Shown: positions 47,261-58,906 of the stretch, one piece after another
Position numbering within the stretch: position 1 is the stretch's first letter
Layout of the letters: each line of letters starts with the position of its first letter
From: Oikopleura dioica
Lineage: Eukaryota > Animalia > Chordata
Assembly: GCA_907165135.1 (NCBI GenBank)
Contig: OU015566.1
Span: 3,224,001-3,288,000, forward strand
Length of the DNA stretch: 64,000 nt
Direction of reading: 5' to 3'
Translations under genes and position numbers: made by a program
The notes under the pieces: generated by a model
The model's database searches: none
What the model saw: the letters and a program-made list of their open reading frames with translations, nothing else
What the model was told of the DNA's origin: nothing

Positions 47261-48730
47261 AAAAATCACGAAACGGGGCTGAAACGGCCCGAAGGGCCGT
47301 CAAGCCCCTTAAATTTGAAAATCATGGAACGGGGCTGAAACGGCCCGAAGGGCCGTCAAGCCCCTTAAATTTAAAAATCATGGAACGGGGCTGAAACGGC
47401 CCGAAGGGCCGTCAAGCCCCTTAAATTTAAAAATCACGGAACGGGGCTGAAACGGCCCGAAGGGCCGTCAAGCCCCTTAAATTTAAAAATCACGGAACGG
47501 GGCTGAAACGGCCCGAAGGGCCGTCAAGCCCCTTAAATTTAAAAATCACGGAACGGGGCTGAAACGGCCCGAAGGGCCGTCAAGCCCCTTAAATTTAAAA
47601 ATCACGGAACGGGTTGAAACGGCCCGAAGGGCCGTCAAGCCCCTTAAATTTGAAAATCACGGAACGGGGCTGAAACGGCCCGTAGGGCCGTCAAGCCCCT
47701 TAAATTTAAAAATCACGGAACGGGGCTGTAACGGCCCGAAGGGCCGTCAAGCCCCTTAAATTTGAAAATCACGGAACGGGGCTGAAACGGCCCGAAGGGC
47801 CGTCAAGCCCCTTAAATTTAAAAATCACGGAACGGGGCTGAAACGGCCCGAAGGGCTGTCAAGCCCTTAAATTTAAAAATCACGGAACGGGGCTGAAACG
47901 GCCCGAAGGGCCGTCAAGCCCCTTAAATTTGAAAATCACGGAACGGGGCTGAAACGGCCCGAAGGGCCGTCAAGCCCTTAAATTTAAAAATCACGGAACG
48001 GGGCTGAAACGGCCCGAAGGGCCGTCAGGCCCTAAATTTAAAATTTAAGGAACGGGGATGAAACAGCCCGAAGGGCCGTCAAGCCCCTTAAATTTGAAAA
48101 TCACGGAACGGGGCTGAAACGGCCCGAAGGGCCGTCAAGCCCTTAAATTTAAAAATCACGGAACGGGGCTGAAACGGCCCGAAGGGCCGTCAGGCCCCTA
48201 AATTTAAAATTTAAGGAACGGGGCTGAAACGGCCCGAAGGGCCGTCAAGCCCTTAAATTTGAAAATCACGGAACGGGGCTGAAACGGCCCGAAGGGCCGT
48301 CAAGCCCTTAAATTTAAAAATCACGGAACGGGGCTGAAACGGCCCGAAGGGCTGTCAAGCCCCTTAAATTTGAAAATCATGGAACGGGGCTGAAACGGCC
48401 CGAAGGGCCGTCAAGCCCTTAAATTTAAAAATCATGGAACGGGGCTGAAACGGCCCGAAGGGCCGTCAAGCCCCTTAAATTTAAAAATCACGGAACGGGG
48501 CTGAAACGGCCCGAAGGGCCGTCAAGCCCCTTAAATTTAAAAATCACGGAACGGGTTGAAACGGCCCGAAGGGCCGTCAAGCCCCTTAAATTTAAAAATC
48601 ACGGAACGGGGCTGAAACGGCCCGAAGGGCCGTCAAGCCCCTTAAATTTAAAAATCACGGAACGGGGCTGAAACGGCCCGAAGGCCCGTGAAGCCCCCTA
48701 AATTTAAAAATCAAAAAACGGGGCTGAAAC
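47261..48730. repeat. Tandem array of ~26 x 56-bp (some 55-bp) palindromic units
   Basis: Unit AAAAATCACGGAACGGGGCTGAAACGGCCCGAAGGGCCGTCAAGCCCCTTAAATTT; period checked (47461 to 47517). Confidence 0.97.
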
Positions 48731-48802
48731 TTTATAACATCCTTTTTATCCCTTACTTTATCATTACACAGGAGGAAACGAATTTAAAGATTTAATTCAA
48801 GT

Positions 48803-51800
48803 TTATTCAAAGAAAGCAGTTTTTTCATATTTTTGTGCAGTCCAGAATTTCAAATGAATTTCACGCAAAAAATTAATATCTTTGGAATTAAATTGATAAG
48901 GGGACTTTATAAAACTATAATTTTTAGTCGACAGAATTTCAGAATCCAGGATCATGTGTGGGCCGCAGTCATCCGCGTTTTGCGGCATCGTTTCCGGGAT
49001 TTCGACGTCAAAAAAATCTCCCCAAATATGACTGTTAACTTTCGTGAGAATCTCGCCAACTAAAAATAGACTTATTTATCCTTAAAAATATGACGACATA
49101 CCGTAACTCCAATAATCTTCTGGACTGTCAGCGTGATCATACAGGATTATCTTGTTCTCGTCTTTCAATAGACCAGCGACAACGAAATGACCCTTTTTTC
49201 TTCCGATACCAAGAAATGACTTATTTTTGATCGATTCTTCATTTAAGAAAAAAGTGAAGATAATGCGATTGACATTTTCCATTCCTCCACCATAAAAATG
49301 AAAAATTCTTGGCCAGAAGTTCCGAATATCATTTTCGTTTCTTCGAGAATGGCAGCAGTTTTATTTGGATCAACAAGTAAAACTTCTTGAGAAAATTCAT
49401 TCTTCATAAGATTGACGAGGTTGCAAAGAACATCCAAATAATAGGCTCTATTTGGTTTGAAAGAATTGCGACGATCCGCGATTTCTTTTTGTAGGTTTTG
49501 TCTTTACCTTCCGTCATTTCGCGAACAGCCCTCTTTATTTGTTTCATATCAATATCGATATTAGGCAAAGAAAGTTGAGGAGGATTTCGTGTTGCGCTCT
49601 CGTCTTCTTTTTCGGAAACAATAAGTGTTGGAAGCGGATGAACGACCGATTTAGGTATCTCCTCTTCTTCAAAGTTCTCGGTCTCTGTCTCACCATCAGC
49701 ATTGATCGACGATGAATTTACAAATTTACTCTGGCTGTGATTCTGGGAATGCGCTTGATTTTGGCTTTGGCTTCGATTTGTGTCTGGTTCGAATTGCTTC
49801 TCATAATCCATTCGACTTTGGCTTTGGCTTTGATTTTTGTCTGGATCGAAATGCTTTTCACAATCCATTTGACTTTGGCTTTGGCTTTGAGACTGGGTTT
49901 TATCCTTCTTATTTTTGTGTCGAATGTCCGCTTCACGAATTGAGCGTTCAACAACTTCTCGATATGTCATTGGACAATTTGAGAAATCACCGGCAGCACA
50001 AGAATCACAATTTGATGAACAGATGGCATTTGTGAATTGAATTTTCGATCGATCTTCTGAAAAACATGCCATTCGCACTCTTCGGCATTGAAAAGTCGAG
50101 GGGAACACTTCTCTCCGCTCTAGTTTATCGTAATTCTCCAGGTTTACAAATACACGTTCGAAGTATTTTTCGAATGGCCTTTCTGCTCGAATTCGATTCT
50201 CCTCAATTCGAAGTTTTTCAATCAGTTCAGGCAGATCAAGTCCTTCATCAAGACTGTTGTACTTGTCCGCTATCGAGGGCACAAAGCCATGATAGCCATC
50301 GATAAGACTCTTTTTTGGATGAACAATTTTTATCAATAACAAGAATTATGAAAAATGAAAAAAAAAGAAAGCCTACAATTAAAAATACTTTTTGCTCACC
50401 CAACCTTTCCATGGCTCGGGCATTTAAATCGAAGGCATGTCGGCCGAAGACTCTCCAATATGGAGAGACTAAACCTATTTTTGAACTCCCCCCCGGAGTT
50501 GTCACTGACTGCGAGGATTTTTCTTCCGGAGAGATCAAGATTACGCTTGGATGCATCTTCGAATGCGATGTCTTCAAGTATTTTTATACTGGAAATATCC
50601 TTCTCATAGGAAAGACCGTGGTAAACCATTCGAAACCATTGCTCTTCAATATCATCATACGCGGAAAAGATATAAGTCAGCGAAGCAACTGATTTGCTGT
50701 TCTAAAAAAAGTTAAAATCAAATTTTATTCTACTTTTACCAAAAATTGTCCTTGAGTTCTTCTTGAAGGTAAAATCGAGAAATTTTTGCCATAGTCAAAC
50801 TAAAATTTGTTCTTTTATCTTTACTTTAAAATTTTTACCAACCTCAACGTAAATTTGATTTCGATCAAGTTCGACTTCACCCGCTGAACACTTGATTCGC
50901 TTTTCGTGTGATAATTTTCTGTCGAAATGATGGGCGTGCATTTTCTGGAGGCTTTCAGAGCAAAATTGGAACGCCTCTTTGAATTTCATAAGAGCTGTTT
51001 CAGATCCTTGAGGCACCCAAATAATTTCTTTTGATTTAACCTAACATGAATTAATTAATTTTCAAATAAAGCGTCAAACTACCTTAAAATGAGGGATTCG
51101 ATAATTATGTTCCGATGATTTAACATCTTTTAAGAGATCGTTTAAAATATCGTCGATTGAGCTTGAATCGCATTTATGATTGCATCGGTTACAGGATTTT
51201 TCATTTTTCAAGTGTCGAAAGCATTCTATCACAAAAAATAAATAGAAGATCAAGAAAAATGACTTACGGAAATGTTTACGAATATCAGCGCAATGAAAAT
51301 TTTCATAAATATTGTCTCCACAGACACTTCTTTGGAAGAAATTCTCGACGGTTATCCAATTGTATTTTTTACGCTGATCTTCCGTCATATTTTCTCGGCG
51401 AATTTTATTGATGAAGTTGATGGATGACTGTCCATTCGTACAGTTTTCGCATTGGCATTGAAGACCCCAATAATTATCGCTACTTCTTATGACAACGTTT
51501 ATTGGGCGAAATTTATTCAAAAGATGCTCCGAAACATAAAATCCCAATCGTTCTCGAGCAAGTGCGTAAACTTCATGAGTTGTCGCGGATAAAATAAGTT
51601 TTTGCACTTTAACGATTTCTTCTGCGCCCTTTTTGAGATTCCTTGTTTCGTGAAAAGCGCCAATTTCATTAAATATCTGAAGCCAAAAATCATCGGTTTT
51701 TGATTTTCGTAGCGTCAAAGTAGACCGGTTCTTCGATACGATCGGGCAGGATTTTTCCAACCACGTTGTTGCTATCGTTTTTCTGTTGAGAACTCAGTAA

Positions 51801-52993
51801 TTCGCCTCGGCTCTTTCGAATAACTTGATTTTCTAAGATTTTTCGGCGATCTTCAATCGCCGTTAATGTTGCATGCTTGCTGACTTCAATTCTGTTCATT
51901 GACTGAATAATATATGGAAGTACTGAAGAGTCGGGTCGTGATGGAACGATTGAAGCGATAAATGAACGTTTTGCATCAGTTGATATCTCCGCGAATCGAG
52001 GGACAAAATCTTTGAGAAATTCAATTTTCACGAGTCCAAGTGAGTAAAACACAGATGTTATCGTCTTTTCATCAAGCTGTTTGATGATGGATTCGATGCG
52101 TTTTTTTGTATGTTTTATCAATTTATCCTCAGCTTGACATTGACGTGCAATTTTCCGATTGATAAACTGTTCTTCCTCCTCCAGTTCTTTTGAAAATTTT
52201 GCTTCTTCATATCGACGTTTTCTGTCATCTTTAGAATATTCTTTTTTTTTATCAGAAAGTTGAACATCTTTGTCGAAGATTTCCCAAAGTTCTTGAGAAT
52301 TTTTTTCGTCAGTTCGATCTTTGCGAAAATTCAGCGTGCATAAAGATGCGTGCGAGGGAAAAATTGACGCGGGAATAAACATAAGACAGCATCTGCACTG
52401 GATTCCATTGCAAGTACTTTTATGTTCAGTAAAAAATCTTGTTTTTGCGATCTTTTCCGAGCAAAAAATGCACTGAACACGCTTCAGATTTTGACTTGAG
52501 CGACCTATAAATATTCATTAGTTTTTATAAAAATTTGCTACTATCACCTCTCGGAAAGTCTTTTATTGGAACTTTGATTTCTTGAGGCGAGTGATGAGCC
52601 CTTCGATATTTACATTTACCATGAAGATGACTGTTATATTCGTCTGGAAGAAGAAAAATTTTGCCGCAAGAACGACATTCAGTTCCTAGAATCATTTCAT
52701 ACAATTATTGATAAATTTTTACGCCCTACCATTGCAGGTAGTTTCGTGTTCGGAATAATCAGTATTTTTGAAGAATTTAGCGCATTTACAACACTGCTTG
52801 AATTCGGGATAATCTTGAAATATCTTTATTTATAGAAAAAAATCGAAAATTAACCTTTTAAGTCACTTATTATAACCAGTGGTCCGACGATTGATCTTTT
52901 AACTGCATCTTTTCTGATAATTTGATTCAAAAGGGTGAGTGATATTAAAAATATCGAGACAACTGATCCGATGAATATTGTAAACCAGATCAT
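48803..52993 (-). CDS. Sola2-like DDD transposase with N-terminal zinc fingers and a fused C-terminal Ulp1/C48-like domain (~1150-1200 aa; start uncertain)
   Basis: Spliced motifs KVQKLILSATTHEVY, KFRPINV, CQCENC, HHFDRK, FDYGKNF (D, 50794-50796), VSDNSGGEFKN (D, 50501-50503), SHGK-SLIDG (D, 50298-50300) and CSSNCDSC. These parallel Sola2 QKRLIL..L.E.Y / LRP / DFSENY / SDG..QYKN / HGKG..DG, recalled from memory. Confidence 0.78.
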
Positions 52994-53373
52994 TCTAAGA
53001 ATAAAAGTCAGAAGATATTTTCTAAAATTCAAATATATTTATCATACAGAAACTCAACAAATAGTATCATTGCAACAACAGAAACGTAAATATAATTCTT
53101 TTTTACAAATTTCAAGAGATAAGCAAGAAAAATAATCTGAAAAAGCCTCGGACTTATAAGCATTCGGTAGAGATGACGCTGGAGTTGGATTAAACTGCGT
53201 TCGTAGACGTTAAGATCGAGATGACTTAGAGGAGCTCCGTCGCTTTATATAAAATATTTTAATTCGAAATGCATCATTGTGATAAACATTACCTTTGAAA
53301 AATGATGAGCATAATGAGAAGCATTGGATCAATTTAATAATGAAAATCTGAATAAAAATACAATAATTTTTTA

Positions 53374-54205
53374 TTACAAACTTTTAATAACAAATTGTAG
53401 AACAAACATAATTGAGAGAACAATCATAACAATGACAAGAAATATTTTGATATCACTAATTAGAATTCTAAAAAATGATTTTGCAGAAGAAAAAACATTT
53501 TCTGAGCGATTGGACAAAAAGTTATCAATGTGGGTATAAGTTAATTCAGTTAAATTAAATCCGTTTGAAAGCATGGTAAGAGCACTATGCGACCATGAGT
53601 ATGTTTCCGGGGTTAAAGATGAGAATTGATACATGTTATCAAGCTTCGCTGGCGTAAGAGTATATGAAACCATTCGCTTAGGAATAAGGAAGGTCTGCAT
53701 TTTTATCACTGCGTTATAGCTTCTTGAATATCTTGGTAGGCATATCATTCCCGCTTAAAAAAAATTTAGACGCTCACTTACTGAAATAGTTTTTACCTTG
53801 ACTTCGAACTTTCTCATTGGTTTTTATTTCAGCATATGTATCATGTCCACTTTCGATACAAATACGATCAGAATGATAATGAGCACGGCCGAAAGTGAAA
53901 GCAGACTGAGAGATACGAATATGCTGGTAAAGTCCGAATCCTTCTTTTGAATTTCTCATTTTACAAACATATGCTTCACCAATACCCCGCTCGCATCTTA
54001 ATAAATTCATTAATAATAAAAATCATTGATAAACAAACCTATCTCTTTTAAAAGATCGAAAATAATGTTGATTATCCCGATGCTCGCGCACAATTATTGC
54101 ATTGCTGAAATCGGGCGATTCGTAAGCATCAGCGTTAACGCGTCCGCGCGACTCGACTTTGACTGCATTGTATCGGGAAATTTTCGCAGGCATTTTTATC
54201 TCCAC
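53374..54205 (-). CDS. Cargo: orphan multi-exon gene with a C-terminal hydrophobic segment
   Basis: Co-oriented ORFs 54023-54205, 53774-54010 and 53374-53748, the last ending IKIFLVIVMIVLSIMFVLQFVI; junctions not resolved. Confidence 0.4.
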
Positions 54206-54389
54206 TGAGCAATATTTGTGAATAAAATTTAACCTGGCATTTTACTTGAGAGTTGAAGTCCAAGAAAAGTTTGATTGTCTTTATAAAGACTCAAGGAAGG
54301 CTCATCTATTTTGAACAAATAATTTGCAACTAAAAATATAAATAGAAATTTTAGACATAGAAATACCGATAAGCTCGCAGGAGTGGTCT

Positions 54390-55800
54390 ATTAAATGCTG
54401 CCTTTCAACTGTCGTGTTCTGATTCTGGCTCGCTCTACACAAAGATTTGAATAACCCTTGGGTATGGTAATCTAAAGATTGTTAATAAAGAAATATTTTG
54501 ATAATATACCGATATCCTCGCACGGCTGACTGTTTGTAAGCAGACATTTGACAAAATTCGACAGTGCCTCGAATCGATGCATGTTGTCATCAACTACTTG
54601 CTCCCACTCAACTGAGTCGGCTTTTGCTTGTATTTTTAAACTATCATCATTCTTGAATGGTGTTGATCGGAAGTCATCAATAGCAACAGCAAGTTTTTGT
54701 TGGTTCTTTTTTAGTTCCTGTAATGCAACATTCACTCTTTTCTCCAAGTCCTCGGTTTGTTTATGAGCTTAATTTTGAAGTTCAGATTTTCAATATTTTA
54801 AAATTTCAGAACCTCGGTAGGAGCCAAAATAGGGGAGTGAAAAACTAATTTCGTCCACTGCTGCAGTCAAATCGAACCCCCTCTTATGTTTATCTTGAAA
54901 ATCATCATTTTCAATACGCTCATCGGAAATAACATAATCAAGGATTGAGTTTGTCTTCATTGAAATTTTGAGAGAGTCAACGTAAGCGAGCGCCAATTTT
55001 AAATCCAGTAAATTTTCTTTTTGACAAAAAATGAACTCATTGTCCACCACACGGTCATTGAAAGTTTTTTTTCTCTCAGCTCGCTCATGTTTTTTGAACT
55101 GGAATCCAGGTGAAATGTACATCAACTCCTCTTTTTCAGCTGAAGATGTAGTCACGATGAAACTCGACAAAATGAGTCGTCGTATAAGAAAATCGTTTCG
55201 ATCAGCAAAATTTCGAAAAGTGAGGAATCGTTGGAATGCCTCAATCAATAGGTCACCGCATAGAGATTTTATGGGCTCACTCGTTTTTCGTGATCTTAAA
55301 AAGGGGCACTCAAGATTTTAGATGTCTTGAAAACAAATAAATATGATAAGAAATTATAAAATGCCTCTTTCCTGACGGACAATTGAAATAATTGATGCGC
55401 GTCGCATCCTCCCAAAATCTTTGTTACGATGGAATTTAAAAATTCTTCTTGCTGAGGGTTGGATAGCTTAATTTTCTCCACAATTTCGGCTTCAATATTC
55501 AAATTGAAAAAGGTCTCGATGGAGACAAACATATTTTTAGCAAGAAAATGCGCTTTTTTATGATGACAATCGTATTTACTGAGCTGTATTTAAACGAAAA
55601 GCCACCTTTCCTAAAAAGACGCCACAAGAAAGGTCAGATGATATCACTGCTTCTCCTGTGTCGGGAAACTGGACACTCATCGAAGAAGGTCCTGGGTATT
55701 TAAGGTTCAGCGTGAATTCGGCGAATTCTTCGCTACCGATAATGACATTTGCCGTATCGTGGATACTAGAAAGAAAGATTTTGAAGAATCTTCTACAGCT
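54390..55800 (-). CDS. Cargo: orphan multi-exon gene (partly duplicated at 1-980)
   Basis: Co-oriented ORFs 55576-55878, 55296-55532, 54790-55248 and 54472-54747 separated by intron-sized gaps; no family recognised. Confidence 0.5.
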
Positions 55801-56746
55801 GATTAATATTTTTATGTTAAAATCACTCAAATGGAAACCAATGTATATAAACCAAAGGACTGATTGTTCAATGATCAAATTAAAAAATTTAAATATATAA
55901 AACGATAAGCAGACATTGTTTATAATAAATTTAGATAGAAGCTTCTTAAACGGATTTTATCCATAATAAGACAAATAAACTTATTTTGATCATAAATATT
56001 TGCTTACGTCTTAAAATTCGCATTTACTTAATTCCAAAAGGATTTTTTCAATGCTTACTATTCGTCAAATAATTGGTTCGTAAAAAATATATTTAAAAAC
56101 AATAAGCATGCATTTTGAATCGTTAATTTGGAAAAAATTGTCTAAAACGGATTCTATCCATAATTAGACAGGAAAATTATCAATTATCACAAACAGCAGC
56201 TTTTGTTTTTAAATAAATTTTTATTTTTTCTTCAAATCTAACACGTCTTAAACGGATTTTAATCCATATTAAGACCAATATTTCTGTATTTATAGTCCTA
56301 CATTAATGAATAATAAATTCTATTCACAATGGGAGTTGAATTTAATTTTATACAATTATTTTACTTTTATCATTTAATCAGCGGTAAAAGTTCTTAAATA
56401 AAAAAATATCATATTTTAAAGTGTGTATCTTTCTCTTAGTTGAAGAGATTTCTGTTAATTTGACAAACAAAATTCGTTGGTTTTTGAGGTCGCAAGTATG
56501 ACGCTCGCCGAGGCCTTCATATGGCATATTTACCACGTATGGAACTGTATCGGACTACCCTCCTCTTTGACCCCTCGACCTTGAACCCGTCTGTCAAATG
56601 TTTTTATGAATGATTTCTGTTACTTATTCAGTCCAAGTGTATCATCGACTCTTTCATGCTGGGTCACGGATTTTAATCCATGAACACCAGAAGTAGTTTT
56701 CCGAATCAACTGTCTTGACTGATCCCCCAAATACGATTAAGAATAC

Positions 56747-56983
56747 TTACGAGGTTAGAAACGAATCCTCGACCTCAAAAGAATACTTTCGATTGTCAAC
56801 GAATTCTTGCTCCGCAGAGCGGCGTTGTCTTATTTCCGACGATGAATTCGTCGCAGACGCATCTGAGCCGAAAAAGACTTTCAGCCCTTCATAGATCTCT
56901 CTTTTGTTGTCCCGGAGTAAGTCCGCTATGAGAGTTGCGGACAAAACTGCGATGACTAGCTGAACAAAAATGGGAAATTGCAT
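56747..56983 (-). CDS. Cargo: small protein with an N-terminal hydrophobic segment (also at 1930-2166)
   Basis: MQFPIFVQLVIAVLSATLIADLL..., true ATG, a GTAAGT donor at the ORF end. Confidence 0.5.
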   Translation of the reverse strand: MQFPIFVQLVIAVLSATLIADLLRDNKREIYEGLKVFFGSDASATNSSSEIRQRRSAEQEFVDNRKYSFEVEDSFLTS

Positions 56984-57676
56984 GTTGATGATGATAAAAC
57001 CAACTCACGTCAAGTTATAAAGGCCAATGCCAACTGATAGAAACAACTGATCAAAACATAGCATGATACCGTAGACTTTCATTTTGACACTTATGGCGCT
57101 TCAGAAGAGGCGGCGCAGCAGGTCATCACAACCGCGCTTCTATTTTATCACACTTTGGAAATGACCGATGTGATCGAAGTTTATCCAAAATGGCAATAAC
57201 GAGCTAATTCTCAATTCTAAAAATTCTTGTCTTCAAGCATTCATTCTTCCATCAGGTTGGTCCTCCGGGAGGTCCTCCAGCAGAAAATGGCCAAAATAAG
57301 CCGAAAAAATGGCAATTACTAGCCCTTGATTATTGTTCAATGACTTTTTGAAATACTTCTCTTCCAGCACATAATCTTCCACCAGATTGGTCCTCCGGAA
57401 GATCCTCCAGCAGAGAGTGACCAAAATTAGCCGAAAATGGCAATTACTGGCCCTTCAAAGCTATTTAATTATCTTTTTAATTATTTGTTTTCCAGCAGTA
57501 ACTCTTCCACCAGGGTGGTCTTCCAGGAGGTCTTCCGGCAATTCTCGACCAAAAGTGACCTTAGGTGGCCATATACTGGCCAATCACAGCTATATATCCA
57601 ATATTTTTAGTATAATCCTCATAAACTATTACATAATGGGTAAAAATAATGAATAACGCAATATTTCATAATTGGG

Positions 57677-57956
57677 ATGAGTTATTTTTGATCTGAAAAA
57701 AGATGAAGCGTCCTTGGATCATAGAGAATAATAAAGCCCAAAAAAAAACCGAAAAAATAAGTACCCCTGGTCCCTAGGCGAGTTCGTAACTTTTTCTTAG
57801 ATCGCCCCGCCCACGCTTCATAATAATGAAATCCCAAAATTTTTTTGCAGATTCATGAATGGCACATCTAGCTCGACATAACTGCACTTTTAGATTTTTG
57901 AAAATGATACGTTTACGACATTTTGTCAAAACCGAAAATTTATATTTTCACGTCCC
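57677..57956 (-). repeat. Right terminal inverted repeat
   Basis: Reverse complement of 40812-41091; followed by ATT at 57957-57959. Confidence 0.95.
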
Positions 57957-58906
57957 ATTGTTACATAAGCAAGAAACAAAACGGAAGGAGTCGAATTTTC
58001 AGATTTGGTCGCTTTTGTCGCTCGATCATCATCTTTATTTTCCTTCTCGTCTTTTTTCGCTTTTTCTAGGGCGTTTTGTCGAGCCTCGCATTCTTGATTG
58101 ATTCTGAAAGAAGATAAAAAGGGAGGAAAAAGAAGGATGATCCTACCGATCTTCTTCTTCTTTGAGTTGTGCTTCAAGCTGTTTTCCATCGATTGTTACA
58201 CCACGGATTGTTTCGTAATCCTCAAAAGAACTTGAGCTTTTTTCGAATGAGTCGCCCTCTTGACGGTCCTTCCTGACTCAGGAAAAGTAAAACGCCAGAT
58301 TCAACAGGTCGCGACATGTTTAAATAGATGTGCAAATTCACAGTCACGGGCGCAGACTCTCAAATAAACTCTCCTACCTTTGAGTAGTCGATCTTTTCTA
58401 GGTCTTCTTTCAGCGCTCTCAGTTTTGCGGTGTATTCATTTTCGATCTTGGCCTTGTCTTTTTCAAGTTCTTCTAGCCGCAACTTTCGTGCAATCGCGAT
58501 TTTTTGCTTCTTGTCACTAGAAATGGCAGTATTTGCGATTGCCTCTTCTTTTGGCTTGTCACCTGACATAGACGACAAAAAGCATAATTGGGAGACAAAC
58601 GCAAAGCATTTGAATCGCCCAATATCCATTTGGCGTGATTGGGAAGAATTGATTGATGCACATTCTAGCGCAACCAGGCGTTTTTGTGTCGCATTCTAGA
58701 TCTGACCCTCCAAAGGCGCTACCGACGATGGAGAATAGAAGGAGAAGTCTTTATACAGGGTTTTTGATTGAAATTATGTTTCCTTGTATGAGTTATCAAA
58801 GCCCGTTCCTTAGTGCTAGAAAAGTCGAAATCCAGTATTTGCCCAATAAGGTTGTATGCTTCTGAGTCTCTTGCAGGTAATTCTCTATCACATGCCACCC
58901 TGCCAT
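57957..58906 (-). CDS. Connexin 5' exons (copy 2), continuing at 40808 beyond the transposon
   Basis: Same sequence as 3140-4089. Confidence 0.9.

Larger units (their letters stand above)
40812..57956. mobile_element. Giant (17,145 bp) Sola2-like cut-and-paste DNA transposon carrying cargo genes
   Basis: ~280-bp TIRs about 98% identical, GGG/CCC termini, ATT on both flanks, an empty site that restores the connexin reading frame, and an internal DDD transposase. Confidence 0.88.

Noticed and set aside
47261-48730. CRISPR array
   Set aside because: The units are contiguous and near-identical, with no unique spacers and no cas genes, and the context is eukaryotic.
51690-51760. Inactivating frameshift in the transposase
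   Set aside because: A 34-nt GT-AG intron restores the frame, and homopolymer errors are evident elsewhere in this sequence, so I cannot call the gene dead.
40812-57956. Polinton/Maverick or endogenous virus (size, TIRs, cysteine protease)
   Set aside because: I found no protein-primed DNA polymerase, retroviral-type integrase, packaging ATPase or capsid motif, and no 6-bp TSD. The recombinase motifs are Sola-like DDD.
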